Positions 56,639 through 64,000 of a stretch of DNA of 64,000 nt are shown in pieces; the stretch's first letter is position 1; each line of letters begins with the position of its first letter. A program made the position numbers and the translations under genes. Under the pieces are notes generated by a model. The model was not told the origin of the DNA. It saw nothing but the letters and a program-made list of their open reading frames with translations, and searched no databases. Source of the stretch: a virus. Location of the stretch: positions 1 to 64,000 of IMG/VR virus record IMGVR_UViG_3300030085_002231; one strand, 5' to 3'.

Positions 56639-57589
56639 ATGAAAATATGTATTACAGGTGGCGCAGGTTTTATTGGCTTTCACTTAGCACAGAAATTACG
56701 TAAAGAAGGACACGGGGTATTTGGTTTTGATAACTTCAATAGTTACTATGATGTAGACTTAAAAAGAAAACGTGCTGAAATTCTTGAAAGTCTTGGCATT
56801 CACATTGAGCCATTGGATTTACGTGTTAGAAGTAAATTAATAGAATATTTAGATCAAATCAGACCTGATGTTATAATGCACTTAGCAGCCATGGCTGGTG
56901 TTAGACACTCCATGGATGATCCAACAGCTTACGTTGATAACAATATTCTAGGTACACATAACCTTATCGAAGCCTGTGACCTTGTTGGTATTGAAAAAGT
57001 AGTGTATGCTTCTACGTCTTGTGTTATGGCTGGCAATCCACTTCCGTGGAATGAAGAAGAAAAGTTAGGTGTTGCAAAGAACCCATACGGATATTCTAAA
57101 GCTACTAATGAAGCACAGTTTATTTCTTCTAAAATCGATTCAACAATTGGCTTAAGATTCTTTACTGTCTATGGTCCTTGGGGTAGACCAGATATGGCGC
57201 TGTTCGATTTTACGAAAAGTATTATAGAAGAAAAACCTATTAAGCTTTTTAATAATGGTGATATGGTTCGCGACTTTACTTACGTTGATGATATTGTACA
57301 GGGCGTAGGTCTTGTCATAGATAGAATAAATGAAAAGTCAGACATTAACGAGATTTATAATATTGGCTATGGACAGCAAGTACAACTTATGGAATTTGTA
57401 AAACACATAGAACAAAACTTAGATAGGGAAGCTATCAAAGAATACGTACCTATGCACCCAGCCGATACACATAAAACTTGGTCTGACACAAGTAAAATAA
57501 GACAACTCGGATATTCACCTAAAACTCCAATAGGTAGAGGTGTATACGAGTTTGTTCAATGGTACAAGGATTATTATCATGTCAATTAA
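56639..57589 (+). CDS. NAD-dependent epimerase, UDP-glucuronate 4-epimerase type
   Basis: TGGAGFIG, NSYYDVDLK, HLAAMAGVR.S, YGYSK, RFFTVYGPWGRPDMA. Confidence 0.85.
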   Translation: MKICITGGAGFIGFHLAQKLRKEGHGVFGFDNFNSYYDVDLKRKRAEILESLGIHIEPLDLRVRSKLIEYLDQIRPDVIMHLAAMAGVRHSMDDPTAYVDNNILGTHNLIEACDLVGIEKVVYASTSCVMAGNPLPWNEEEKLGVAKNPYGYSKATNEAQFISSKIDSTIGLRFFTVYGPWGRPDMALFDFTKSIIEEKPIKLFNNGDMVRDFTYVDDIVQGVGLVIDRINEKSDINEIYNIGYGQQVQLMEFVKHIEQNLDREAIKEYVPMHPADTHKTWSDTSKIRQLGYSPKTPIGRGVYEFVQWYKDYYHVN

Positions 57590-58406
57590 TATTGCAATCA
57601 TAGGTCATGGATACGTAGGTAAAGCAGTAGATCATGGCTTCTCTACGAGTCAAGTTTCAAAGTATATTGTAGATCCAATATATGGGTCTCCAACTATCGA
57701 AGATCTCGTTGGTAAGATTCGTTTGCATGCAGCATTTGTTTGTGTACCTACACCATTTGGTGATGATGGAAAGATTGATGCTTCTATAGTTAAAGATTCA
57801 GTACGTAAATTATCTGGTGCAATGTGTCCTATCGTTGTAAAGTCTACTACTACACCTGACGTTATCGAAGAACTTTATTTAGAAAACGAAAACGTAATTT
57901 ACAACCCAGAGTTCTTGACAGAAAAGAATGCTTTACACGATTTTATCAATCCACCAATGCATGTACTTGGTGGTAAGAGGCAGTACACTAATAAAGTATT
58001 AGAACTATATGAAAACTACTCGCAGTGTACACCATGTCCAGCATACCACATGACTGCAAAAGAGGCATCCTTTGTAAAGTATGGAATCAATTCATTCTTA
58101 GCGAGTAAAGTTCTGTGGTTCAACCAATTTAAGGATGTGGTTGAAAAATGGGATGCTAAGTATAACGTAATTGTTAATGCAATAGGTACTGATCCACGTA
58201 TTGGACACAGTCACACACAAGTACCTGGTCCTGATGGACGTAAAGGTTTTGGTGGTGCTTGTTTTCCAAAAGATACGAATGCGTTTTGTGCCTTTTCTGA
58301 TGGAGACCTACCTGTACTTAAAAAGATTATTGAGGAAAACAATAAATACAGAAGTCAATATGAACTCGATGATCGTGAAAAAGAACAGAAAGTAAGTTAT
58401 GAATAA
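57579..58406 (+). CDS. ugd: UDP-glucose 6-dehydrogenase (short form)
   Basis: IIGHGYVG, CVPTP, KST, NPEFL.E, KY..N.FLA.KV, GFGGACFPKD. Confidence 0.85.
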   Translation: MSINIAIIGHGYVGKAVDHGFSTSQVSKYIVDPIYGSPTIEDLVGKIRLHAAFVCVPTPFGDDGKIDASIVKDSVRKLSGAMCPIVVKSTTTPDVIEELYLENENVIYNPEFLTEKNALHDFINPPMHVLGGKRQYTNKVLELYENYSQCTPCPAYHMTAKEASFVKYGINSFLASKVLWFNQFKDVVEKWDAKYNVIVNAIGTDPRIGHSHTQVPGPDGRKGFGGACFPKDTNAFCAFSDGDLPVLKKIIEENNKYRSQYELDDREKEQKVSYE

Positions 58407-59595
58407 TTATGCGAGTATTATACCACTTATTGGCGGTGAAACAATCGCCATGCAAAACGTATTTAAGAAAAAACCGGAGTATATTTTAAGCTATGAACCG
58501 TTTAAAGCAAACGATACTCACCTTGTTGAGTACTATCAACGAAAAGTTCCCTACCATCTGTTGGGAGATAACGGGGTGGACAACCTACCTAGTGTCGATG
58601 TTGTTAATACCGTATGTCCTTGTGCTGGGCTTAGCAGTCTTAGTACTACAGCATCTACTGATTCTGCTGCTAACGATTGGATGCCTACCACAGCTCGTTA
58701 TGTTTTGGGTACACTCCAACCTCGAGTATTCTGGGGCGAAAACGCACCAAGACTCGCTTCAGCAATGGGACGACCTATTGTCGAAAGTCTCCGCGAAATC
58801 GGTAAAGAGTTTGGATACACTTTCAGCATTTTTAAAACGAAGTCTATCCTTCATGGATTGAGTCAAGTCAGGGACAGAACGTTTTATTTCTTTTGGAAAG
58901 GTGATAAAGTACCAGTCTTTGAATATATAAAAAGGGAACACGAAAAAATAGAAGACACGATACGTTCCGTGAAACGTGATCCACAGGATCCAATGAATGT
59001 ACTTACTAATAAACGTGTTCCTACAGAAGACCCGTTCTATCGATACATTTTAGAAGAACTAGAAAATAATATTAGTCATACAGATTTTCAAAATAAGATA
59101 CAAAAATCTTATGATGTCTTGTGGTACATAGAACAACACGTTACCTATGATAAAGTTGCAAAGTGGATGGACAAGAATGGCTTTATAAAAAAAGCTGAAC
59201 GCTGTCGTACAATGTTTGACAAATTAAAAGCTGGCGGTAACGTAATGAGAAGAGGTGTGTACATACCGAAAGATTATATAGGTGCCTTTGTTGGAGCACT
59301 ACCTACAATGTGCACACACCCAGATGAAAATAGATTTTTAACTATTAGAGAATGTTTAAGTATTATGAAATTACCTTCTGATTTTGTATTACAAGGTGGC
59401 CTTAAAAATTTAAATCACATATGTCAAAACGTACCTGTCACTACTGCAATGGATATGGCAGAACACGTATTAAAATATCTTGATGGCAGACTTGATAATA
59501 GGATGATCGATACAGATTACTTAGTACAAGATAATAAGAATATGACATTGAATTACAAAAAAGACAGTGTACAACTTGACGCTTTTATGGTATAA
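58399..59595 (+). CDS. C5 cytosine DNA methyltransferase homologue with atypical SAM-binding motifs
   Basis: PCAGLS (IV), GENAP (VI), QVRDRTF (VIII), RFLTIRE (IX), CQNVP (X); motif I reads IIPLIGG. Confidence 0.75.
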   Translation: MNNYASIIPLIGGETIAMQNVFKKKPEYILSYEPFKANDTHLVEYYQRKVPYHLLGDNGVDNLPSVDVVNTVCPCAGLSSLSTTASTDSAANDWMPTTARYVLGTLQPRVFWGENAPRLASAMGRPIVESLREIGKEFGYTFSIFKTKSILHGLSQVRDRTFYFFWKGDKVPVFEYIKREHEKIEDTIRSVKRDPQDPMNVLTNKRVPTEDPFYRYILEELENNISHTDFQNKIQKSYDVLWYIEQHVTYDKVAKWMDKNGFIKKAERCRTMFDKLKAGGNVMRRGVYIPKDYIGAFVGALPTMCTHPDENRFLTIRECLSIMKLPSDFVLQGGLKNLNHICQNVPVTTAMDMAEHVLKYLDGRLDNRMIDTDYLVQDNKNMTLNYKKDSVQLDAFMV

Positions 59596-59596
59596 T
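59568..59596 (+). promoter_or_regulatory. early promoter TGTACA-N17-TATAAT upstream of uvsX
   Basis: Same motif and spacing. Confidence 0.65.
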
Positions 59597-59597
59597 A

Positions 59598-59762
59598 ATG
59601 GATGAATTGGCGGACAAACTGAAAGTTGTTTTGCAAGAACTTAGTGATGTTATGAAACAACGTAAAGACAAGATTGAAGAAATACGTAATCAAATAACAA
59701 TACTTGAAAATAAAAATGAAGATCTTGATCGCAAGGTCAGTGAAATAATGAGGGACTTTTAA
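59598..59762 (+). CDS. small coiled-coil protein (54 aa), not in the ORF track
   Basis: MDELADKLKVVLQELSDVMKQRKDKIEEIRNQ...IMRDF; TAATG overlap with uvsX. Confidence 0.5.
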   Translation: MDELADKLKVVLQELSDVMKQRKDKIEEIRNQITILENKNEDLDRKVSEIMRDF

Positions 59763-60808
59763 TGTCAATAATGGACAAACTAAAAAAGAATAGTAAGATC
59801 AAAGAAACTTCTATTCTTTCAGATTCTAAATTTTTTACAGAAAAAGATATGGTGCCAACCGACGTACCAATGATGAACGTTGCACTATCTGGTTCTGTTG
59901 ACGGTGGGTTGGCGCCAGGTCTTACTGTGCTTGCCGGTCCATCCAAACATTTTAAAACTTCGTTTGGTCTTATCATGGCCAGCGCTTACTTAAAAAAATA
60001 TAAAGATGCCGTGCTTCTGTTCTATGATTCAGAGTTTGGTTCGCCGCAAGCTTACTTCCAACAGTTCGATATCGATACAGAACGTGTACTACATACACCT
60101 ATCACTAACGTAGAAGAACTAAAGTTTGATATTATCGCGCAGATGGAAGGTCTTGATCGCAATGATAAAGTTATTGTGATGATTGATTCAGTTGGCAACC
60201 TTGCTTCTAAAAAAGAATTAGAAGATGCTATCAACGAAAAGTCAGTTGCTGATATGTCACGTGCTAAAGCACTTAAAGGCTTGTTCCGTATGACTACACC
60301 ATATTTAAATATGAAGAACATTCCGTTGATTGCTGTGAATCATACGTACATGGAGATTGGTTTATTTCCAAAAGCAATCGTATCAGGTGGCACAGGTATT
60401 TACTACTCAGCTGATAACATCTGGATTCTTGGTCGTCAGCAGGACAAGCAAGGCACAGAAATTAAAGGTTATCACTTTGTAATTAACGTGGAGAAATCAA
60501 GGTATGTCAAAGAAAAGTCTAAAATACCTATTAGCGTGTCTTGGGATGGCGGTGTTCAGTCTTACAGCGGCTTACTCGACGTCGGCCTTGCAGGCAATTA
60601 CGTTGCTAAGCCTAGTAACGGTTGGTACTGTCGTGTTGATCGAACTACTGGAGAACTCATCGATCCAAAGGTTCGAGAGAAAGACACCTTGGATGAACAA
60701 TTCTGGTTACCAATCTTTGAGTCCACCGATTTCAAAGATTACATTAAATCCAAATTTGCCATTGGAGGAACGGGAAGCAATGAGCTTGTACTCGAAGATA
60801 CAGCATAA
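59762..60808 (+). CDS. uvsX: RecA-like recombinase UvsX
   Basis: LAGPSKHFKT, YDSEFG, IDSVGNLAS, SGGTGIYYSAD. Confidence 0.95.
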   Translation: MSIMDKLKKNSKIKETSILSDSKFFTEKDMVPTDVPMMNVALSGSVDGGLAPGLTVLAGPSKHFKTSFGLIMASAYLKKYKDAVLLFYDSEFGSPQAYFQQFDIDTERVLHTPITNVEELKFDIIAQMEGLDRNDKVIVMIDSVGNLASKKELEDAINEKSVADMSRAKALKGLFRMTTPYLNMKNIPLIAVNHTYMEIGLFPKAIVSGGTGIYYSADNIWILGRQQDKQGTEIKGYHFVINVEKSRYVKEKSKIPISVSWDGGVQSYSGLLDVGLAGNYVAKPSNGWYCRVDRTTGELIDPKVREKDTLDEQFWLPIFESTDFKDYIKSKFAIGGTGSNELVLEDTA

Positions 60809-61109
60809 AGAAAACGTAACATATTCTCTTGTCCCTGGAGAAGGTGGTGACCAACATTGGTTGGTGAGATTTATTGAAGGACCATTTGCTGAAACTGTAA
60901 TTCAGTATGGTGCCATCAAGCTAGTACCAGAAGATGAAGGTAAAATCTCATTTAACTTTTTTGTTGAGTCATCACCAGATCCCAATCTGACAAGTGAAGA
61001 TGTAGATTTACAACTATGGTCAGGTGATGTACTCGAAGTAATACTTAGACAATCACTTGAAGAAGGATCAGCACAGATATTTGAAGAGCCAGATGCAAGC
61101 AAACCTTGA
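60780..61109 (+). CDS. gp40-like head-assembly chaperone (by position)
   Basis: Between uvsX and gp41 as in T4; start reassigned to ATG 60780. Confidence 0.5.
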   Translation: MSLYSKIQHKENVTYSLVPGEGGDQHWLVRFIEGPFAETVIQYGAIKLVPEDEGKISFNFFVESSPDPNLTSEDVDLQLWSGDVLEVILRQSLEEGSAQIFEEPDASKP

Positions 61110-62469
61110 ACTTACTATATTAAGAAATATATTAACAGACGAAAAGTATATGCGCAAGGTATTACCTTTCGTCAAACCAGATTACTTTGAAGGGATTTAT
61201 CGTATCCTATTTAGAGAGGCTGGTAAGTACGTTGGAAAATACAATAAACTTCCAACTGCAGAATCATTTAAAGTTGAGATCGATCAGTCAGATAGACTTA
61301 GCGGTGAAAACTATACAGTAGCAGTTGACCTAGTGCCACAACTCTTTTCAAAGGAAAAGATCGATGAACAGTGGCTTGTTGACACTACAGAAAAGTGGTG
61401 CCAAGATCGAGCTATATATAATGCTATCATGGAATCTATATCGATAATCGATGGAAAGCATGAAACTCTAACTAAGGGAGCGTTACCTGACCTGCTTTCC
61501 AAAGCATTAGGTGTAGCGTTTGATACAAACGTTGGCCACGACTACATTGAAAACCAAGAAGAACGATACGAATTTTATCACCAACAAGAAGACCGCATTC
61601 CTTTCGACCTGGAATACTTTAACAAGATCACCAAAGGTGGTGTTCCTAATAAAACACTTAATATTGCTTTGGCAGGCACTGGTGTTGGCAAGTCTCTTTT
61701 TATGTGCCATGTTGCTGCTTCGGCTCTTGTACAAGGCAGGGACGTTCTTTATATAACGATGGAAATGGCGGAAGAAAGAATCGCCGAACGTATTGATGCT
61801 AACTTACTTAACACACCTATCGATCAACTTACAAATCTATCGAAAGAAATGCATAAAACCAAAGTTGAAGACATAGCACGTAAGACTACGGGTAAGTTAA
61901 TTATTAAAGAATATCCTACTGGCTCTGCACACACCGGCCACTTCCGTGCATTACTCAATGAGTTAAAACTAAAGAAGCAGTTTGAACCACAGATTATTTT
62001 TATTGATTATCTTAATATATGTGCTTCTTCTCGTATGAAAGGAATGGGTGGTGCAATCAACTCCTATAATTACATTAAAGCAATTGCTGAAGAATTACGT
62101 GGCCTTGCGGTCGAGTTCAACGTACCGCTCTTCTCTGCAACGCAAACGACTCGTTCTGGTTATAGTAACTCGGATGTTGGGCTTGAAGATACGTCCGAGT
62201 CTTTTGGATTACCCGCTACCGCGGACTTAATGTTTGCTATCATATCCACAGAAGAATTACAAAATCGTGGACAGATGATGGTTAAACAATTAAAGAATAG
62301 ATATAATGATCCTGTTGCAAACCGCAGGTTCGTTATTGGTGTTGATCGATCTAAGATGCGTTTATATGACGTAGATGAAAGTGAACAGGATCTTACAGAC
62401 GATACGCCAGTTTTTGAGAAAACACAAGCACACGAAGAAATGTCAAAATTTAAGGATTTTAAGCTATGA
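61093..62469 (+). CDS. gp41: replicative helicase gp41
   Basis: LAGTGVGKS, EMAEERIAERID, IDYLNIC, SATQTTR, SESFGLPATAD, KQLKNRY. Confidence 0.95.
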   Translation: MQANLELTILRNILTDEKYMRKVLPFVKPDYFEGIYRILFREAGKYVGKYNKLPTAESFKVEIDQSDRLSGENYTVAVDLVPQLFSKEKIDEQWLVDTTEKWCQDRAIYNAIMESISIIDGKHETLTKGALPDLLSKALGVAFDTNVGHDYIENQEERYEFYHQQEDRIPFDLEYFNKITKGGVPNKTLNIALAGTGVGKSLFMCHVAASALVQGRDVLYITMEMAEERIAERIDANLLNTPIDQLTNLSKEMHKTKVEDIARKTTGKLIIKEYPTGSAHTGHFRALLNELKLKKQFEPQIIFIDYLNICASSRMKGMGGAINSYNYIKAIAEELRGLAVEFNVPLFSATQTTRSGYSNSDVGLEDTSESFGLPATADLMFAIISTEELQNRGQMMVKQLKNRYNDPVANRRFVIGVDRSKMRLYDVDESEQDLTDDTPVFEKTQAHEEMSKFKDFKL

Positions 62470-62675
62470 TTTATAGAGGACCAGGAATCAGTACGTATTG
62501 GGGAAGCGATGAGTATGAAGATCGCAGAGCTGAAGTTATGAAAAATGAATTAGGCTTTTATATCGATATGTACAGAAAAGATAAGCTCGTTGAATCTAGG
62601 CCTCTATACGAACACAGCCAAATGTATGCAGAAAGTGCTGCAGAAAATTATGTTATGGGAATTCTTAATCCATGA
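62466..62675 (+). CDS. hypothetical protein
   Basis: 69 aa; YAESAAENYVMG. Confidence 0.6.
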   Translation: MIYRGPGISTYWGSDEYEDRRAEVMKNELGFYIDMYRKDKLVESRPLYEHSQMYAESAAENYVMGILNP

Positions 62676-63340
62676 AAGTACGACTTATTAGTTACAGTAA
62701 ACCACCGGAGGAACTCTATGTTGGTGACAACGTCCAAGAACTCATTGCGTATACAGCCCGTGTCTCGAACCCATCGAACCAAGACAACACCGAAACGTCA
62801 GAAAGATTACTACGATACCTCATTAGAGAAAAACACTGGTCGCCATTTGAAATGGTTAGCGCTTGCTTGGAAGTAGAAACTACCCGTGATATCGCAAGGC
62901 AGCTTTTGAGACATAGATCATTCTCTTTTCAAGAGTTTAGTCAGAGATATGCTGACCCTACACAAGATCTTAAGTTTCAATTGAAAGATGCACGTCTACA
63001 AGACACAAAGAATAGACAGAATAGTATAAATGTAAAAGATCCAGACTTACAACTAGAATGGTTAAAACAACAATCGGAGGCAGTCAATGCAGCAAAAAAA
63101 TCTTACAGCTGGGCAATCGAAAATGGTATTGCTAAAGAACAAGCTCGTGCAGTTTTACCGGAAGGTATCATGGAATCTCGATTGTATGTCAACGGCACCA
63201 TTAGGTCCTGGATACATTACGTCGGATTACGTTCAGGTCATGGGACGCAAAAAGAACACATACAACTCGCAGTAGAATGTGCGAAAGCTTTAGAACCTAT
63301 CTTTCCTATGATTATGGAGTTTTGTAATGAAGAAGATTAA
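62672..63340 (+). CDS. thyX: flavin-dependent thymidylate synthase ThyX
   Basis: HWSPFE, RQLLRHRSFSFQEFSQRY, EQARAVLP, TQKEH. Confidence 0.95.
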   Translation: MKVRLISYSKPPEELYVGDNVQELIAYTARVSNPSNQDNTETSERLLRYLIREKHWSPFEMVSACLEVETTRDIARQLLRHRSFSFQEFSQRYADPTQDLKFQLKDARLQDTKNRQNSINVKDPDLQLEWLKQQSEAVNAAKKSYSWAIENGIAKEQARAVLPEGIMESRLYVNGTIRSWIHYVGLRSGHGTQKEHIQLAVECAKALEPIFPMIMEFCNEED

Positions 63341-63629
63341 CTATAAATTTAATGAGAAAGAACTAATTAAAGAGTTTCAAGAATACATTGATTCGACGTA
63401 TAGCGCTCACTACTCAAAAGATAACTTTCAAGCTACTGAGTTTATTATTGATGGCGGCCATGGCACTGGATTTTGCATTGGTAATGTATTAAAGTACGCA
63501 CAAAGATATGGTAAAAAAGGTATGGCTTCAGATGCTAGAAAAGATTTAATGAAAGTCTTACACTATGCTTTGATTCAATTATACGTTCATGATGTTGAAG
63601 AAGACTTACCTTTGTTTGATAGACGCTGA
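63327..63629 (+). CDS. DUF3310-like protein
   Basis: TYSAHY, GFCIGNVLKYAQRYGKK...DLMKVLHY. Confidence 0.7.
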   Translation: MKKINYKFNEKELIKEFQEYIDSTYSAHYSKDNFQATEFIIDGGHGTGFCIGNVLKYAQRYGKKGMASDARKDLMKVLHYALIQLYVHDVEEDLPLFDRR

Positions 63630-63778
63630 CATTCAACCTTGAAGTTTTCCCAAGTAGTATCCATAAAGGTTTCGTATATTCGTTCTCTATGATATTCACA
63701 TGTCTTTAAGTCTTTGTAAGACAAGTGATCAAAGTTATAAACAGTAGCTCCTATTTGGATGAGAATCGCATATAACAT
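63587..63778 (-). CDS. small hypothetical protein
   Basis: 63 aa, convergent with the + strand block. Confidence 0.45.
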   Translation of the reverse strand: MLYAILIQIGATVYNFDHLSYKDLKTCEYHRERIYETFMDTTWENFKVECQRLSNKGKSSSTS

Positions 63779-63954
63779 AACTTATACCTGTCTTTTAAGT
63801 CAGAACATTTTTCTTCTAGTCTCGTAGGTTTATAAGGAACGTCAAATCTATCAACTACCTCATAGGCATAACCAGCAAAAACTAGTAAACCTATGAGATA
63901 AGTTAATGCTATAAAGAAAAGATAAATCATACTGCACCAGATACTGCGAACCAA
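63751..63954 (-). CDS. small membrane protein
   Basis: Hydrophobic N-terminal helix. Confidence 0.4.
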   Translation of the reverse strand: MVRSIWCSMIYLFFIALTYLIGLLVFAGYAYEVVDRFDVPYKPTRLEEKCSDLKDRYKLCYMRFSSK

Positions 63955-64000
63955 ATGGCAAATATACCAAATATCAAAGCACCAATTACAATAGCACCTA

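Noticed and set aside
60504-60779. Extended N-termini in the ORF track (also 51064, 30867, 44036, 46959, 57540, 61057)
   Set aside because: They overlap upstream genes or promoters; downstream ATGs fit RBS or promoter geometry better.
1-64000. tRNA, rRNA, integrase, IS elements, photosynthesis genes
   Set aside because: None recognised by eye and intergenic space is very small; a tRNAscan-SE/Infernal run would be needed to exclude small RNAs.

Overview
A 64-kb segment of an AT-rich T4-like myovirus genome, almost entirely on the + strand. It is probably a marine phage of a heterotrophic proteobacterium (inference: ROSE-like thermometer, IscA, Rieske-oxygenase gene, no photosynthesis genes in the window). 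Order: (1) 0.9-6 kb enzyme island with three glycosyltransferase-like ORFs, a SAM methyltransferase, a radical SAM enzyme, a QueC-like ATPase and a nitroreductase; (2) 6-36.7 kb virion module with a 1773-aa fibre, four modular fibre paralogues, gp13-gp23, gp3 and an inserted Rieske-less oxygenase; (3) 36.7-52.5 kb recombination/replication core (uvsY, uvsW, gp55, gp47/46/45/44/62, regA, hsp20, lysozyme, IscA, gp43, AEP-type primase); (4) 53-59.6 kb DNA-modification locus; (5) uvsX, gp41, thyX. Two candidate undescribed systems stand out. First, an Asp-Ser dipeptide is strongly enriched in surface-exposed virion proteins (about 85 copies in the long fibre by manual count) next to a glycosyltransferase/tailoring island, suggesting a virion-wide modification sequon. 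Second, dCMP hydroxymethylase and a T4 alpha-glucosyltransferase homologue are linked to UDP-glucose dehydrogenase and UDP-glucuronate 4-epimerase, predicting uronic-acid-modified hydroxymethylcytosine DNA. Also notable are leaderless mRNAs (including the DNA polymerase), a ROSE-like thermometer on hsp20, a split gp14, and a frameshifted gp23 that may be an assembly artefact. All calls come from motif recognition by eye; no database searches were run.
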